A DNA stretch of 64,000 nucleotides, from positions 129,558,597 to 129,622,596 of the forward strand of contig NC_068982.1 in NCBI RefSeq assembly GCF_001194135.2, written 5' to 3'. The position numbers and the translations under genes were made by a program. Below the pieces are notes generated by a model that saw only the letters and a list, made by a program, of their open reading frames with translations, did no database searches and was not told the origin of the DNA. This DNA comes from Octopus bimaculoides (taxonomy: Eukaryota). Shown piece after piece: positions 62,006 through 64,000 of this stretch (position 1 is its first letter; every line of letters starts with the position of its first letter).

Positions 62006-62823
62006 CTGAGGGAAAAAAAAAATATATAATGAAAAAAACTTTTAAGTTAGTCTCACCATCAGGTGCAGACAGTAACAATAGTTACACAAACATTTTCTTT
62101 TTTTTAACTATCAGCGACAGAAAGACAGCCCTTACAACACTTTCTTTTTCAGGGCTGCTGATACTGATAGGAAGTAGTTATCTTTAAACTAGAGATCTGG
62201 CCTGAGTGTTTACAACAGAGTGAATGCCATTAAAGGTACCCAAAGGTTATGTGGAAGGGCCAAACTGGATGATAGAGTAAAGCCTATCGTCTAAGAACTC
62301 AGAATGCAAAGAACCAGAGCAAATATCACAGGGTCTCCTGTTTGATATTTTAACAATTCCACCAATCCCTTGCTCTGATATGGTTCTTTATTTCATTGAC
62401 CCCACCAAAAGGATGGAATGCAAAGCTGACCTTACAGGGATTTGAGTGGTATTTTGAAACTAGATAAGATGTACAAAGGTGGTGGGGTTGCACCTAAGCT
62501 GTACTCCACAGTTTGCAAGGAATGAACTTTTATTATTGAACATATACTGAATAATACCAACTCAGAAAATAAGGAGGATCAACAAATTTTATATCATCAC
62601 TATATCCCATTTAAGTCATTAAACTATTTAAAACCCATTAACATGTTACTTATAATACATAATTTTTAAACTCTGAAGAAAACTAGTATAAAAACAATTT
62701 TCTTTTGAAAATTTCCTGATTATTACAAGATAAACAAATTATTTCTGATGATAATGAGAATATTTTATAAATAGGAACTTTTTATAATATGGTAACCCGG
62801 AAAATATTTTTTAATTTACTTAC

Positions 62824-63028
62824 CTTAATTTTAGCATTAGGGAAATTTTTATCGATAAAGTGTTTGACGTTCAAGCAATTTCTTTCGTAGTTTGGTCCCC
62901 TAATACGAATTACAAATGTGTAGCCATCACCATATTTATTTTTTAAATGTTGAGTACTGCCAAGACATTTGAAGCTGCCATTTACCATAATAGCTAGACG
63001 TGTACAGAGAGCTTCACATTCTTCCATG
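62824..63028 (-). CDS. ABCA2: ABCA2-like exon (205 nt): (S)[36 protein letters not shown]...FPNAKIK
   Basis: NBD2 H-loop downstream motif of the ABCA family. caatag acceptor, gtaagt donor. Confidence 0.96.
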
Positions 63029-63161
63029 CTATTGAGAGAGAGAGAAAGAAAGAGATAAAAAAGGTAAGTGAATTAGGGCACAAGAAAATTCATTAACTCT
63101 TATTTTACTGATTCAAATCATCATCACATAATTGTCCAACTCATGCCAGCATATATATATA

Positions 63162-63573
63162 AAATTGAAAGTAAACAGTAAATGGAGAAATATTGATCAA
63201 CAATTGACTAACATCGATTATTACTTTTTAATACAAATAGACTTTATCCCATCTGACAGCCGTTTCTGCTTCCAATGTTCAATAGTGTTGCCATTGAAAA
63301 TTCTGAAAATAATATTCATCATATTAAGCCTTTCTTCTTCCTGAGGTTTTTCTTTTATGTATTTTTCTTCACTCTGATGAAGCTCCATGTTCCAGATCGG
63401 ATATGTTACAAAATATGATATTATTTTCAGAATTCTCAATGGCAACACCGTTGAACATTGAATGCAGAAATGGCTGTTAGATGAGATAAAGTCTAATTGT
63501 ATTAAAAAGTAATAATCAATGTTAGTCAACTGATGTTGATCAATATTTCTCCATTTTCTGTTTACTTTAAATT
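63162..63573. repeat. ~165-bp inverted repeat (~90% identical arms) in an ABCA intron
   Basis: 63162-63325 versus 63412-63573, spacer ~86 nt. Confidence 0.95.
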
Positions 63574-63675
63574 TGATTCCTGATAAACTCATGTTTATCT
63601 TTGTCATTGCCTGTATCCTATGAGCATAATATGTTTACATATGTATGCCCATGGTTAACATAGGTAATTTGTTCA

Positions 63676-64000
63676 TTGTTGTTGGCACTCCGTCGCTTAC
63701 GACGTCGAGGGTTCCAGTTGATCCGATCAACGGAACAGCCTGCTCGTGAAATTAACGTGCAAGTGGCTGAGCACTCCACAGACACGTGTACCCTTAACGT
63801 AGTTCTCGGGGATATTCAGCGTGACACAGTGTGACAAGGCTGGCCCCTTTGAACCACAGGCACAACAGAAACAGAAAGTAAGAATGAGAGAAAGTTGTGG
63901 TGAAAGAGCACAGCAGGGTTCGCCACCATCTCCTGCCGGAGCCTCGTGGAGCTTTAAGTGTTTTCACTCAATAAACACTCACAATGCCCGGTCTGGGAAT
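63676..64000 (-). mobile_element. Young CpG-rich SINE, truncated by the window edge
   Basis: Ends in a B-box-like reverse complement (cccggtctgggaat). Its tail matches a fragment at ~46900-46950 in the opposite orientation. Confidence 0.7.

Overview
Repeat-dense, AT-rich eukaryotic scaffold with six N gaps. The SINE/RTE complement points to an octopus (coleoid cephalopod); the species is not proven. Three genes lie on the minus strand. (1) DBR1 lariat debranching enzyme: five coding exons at 3278-6306, with the 3' exons outside the window. (2) An unrecognised secreted glycoprotein, assembled here from three phase-compatible exons at 27713-32868: signal peptide, 6-Cys module and a ~400-aa stalk dense in N-glycosylation sequons. 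(3) The 3' end of an ABCA2-like transporter: four exons at 59911-63028. The rest is tRNA-derived SINEs, RTE/CR1-type/Dong LINE relics, hAT, piggyBac and mariner MITEs, and microsatellites. The most interesting non-coding signals are two minimal type-I hammerhead ribozyme motifs of Penelope/retrozyme type: one in a ~200-nt monomer inside a (TA)n array (22994-23030, +), and one downstream of a tRNA-derived Pol III head (34020-34065, -). Also notable are a 7SK-like GAUC:GAUC hairpin in the CpG-rich region upstream of DBR1, and several long inverted repeats (25.4-26.1 kb, 57.3-57.5 kb, 63.2-63.6 kb). All calls are manual and need computational or experimental checking.
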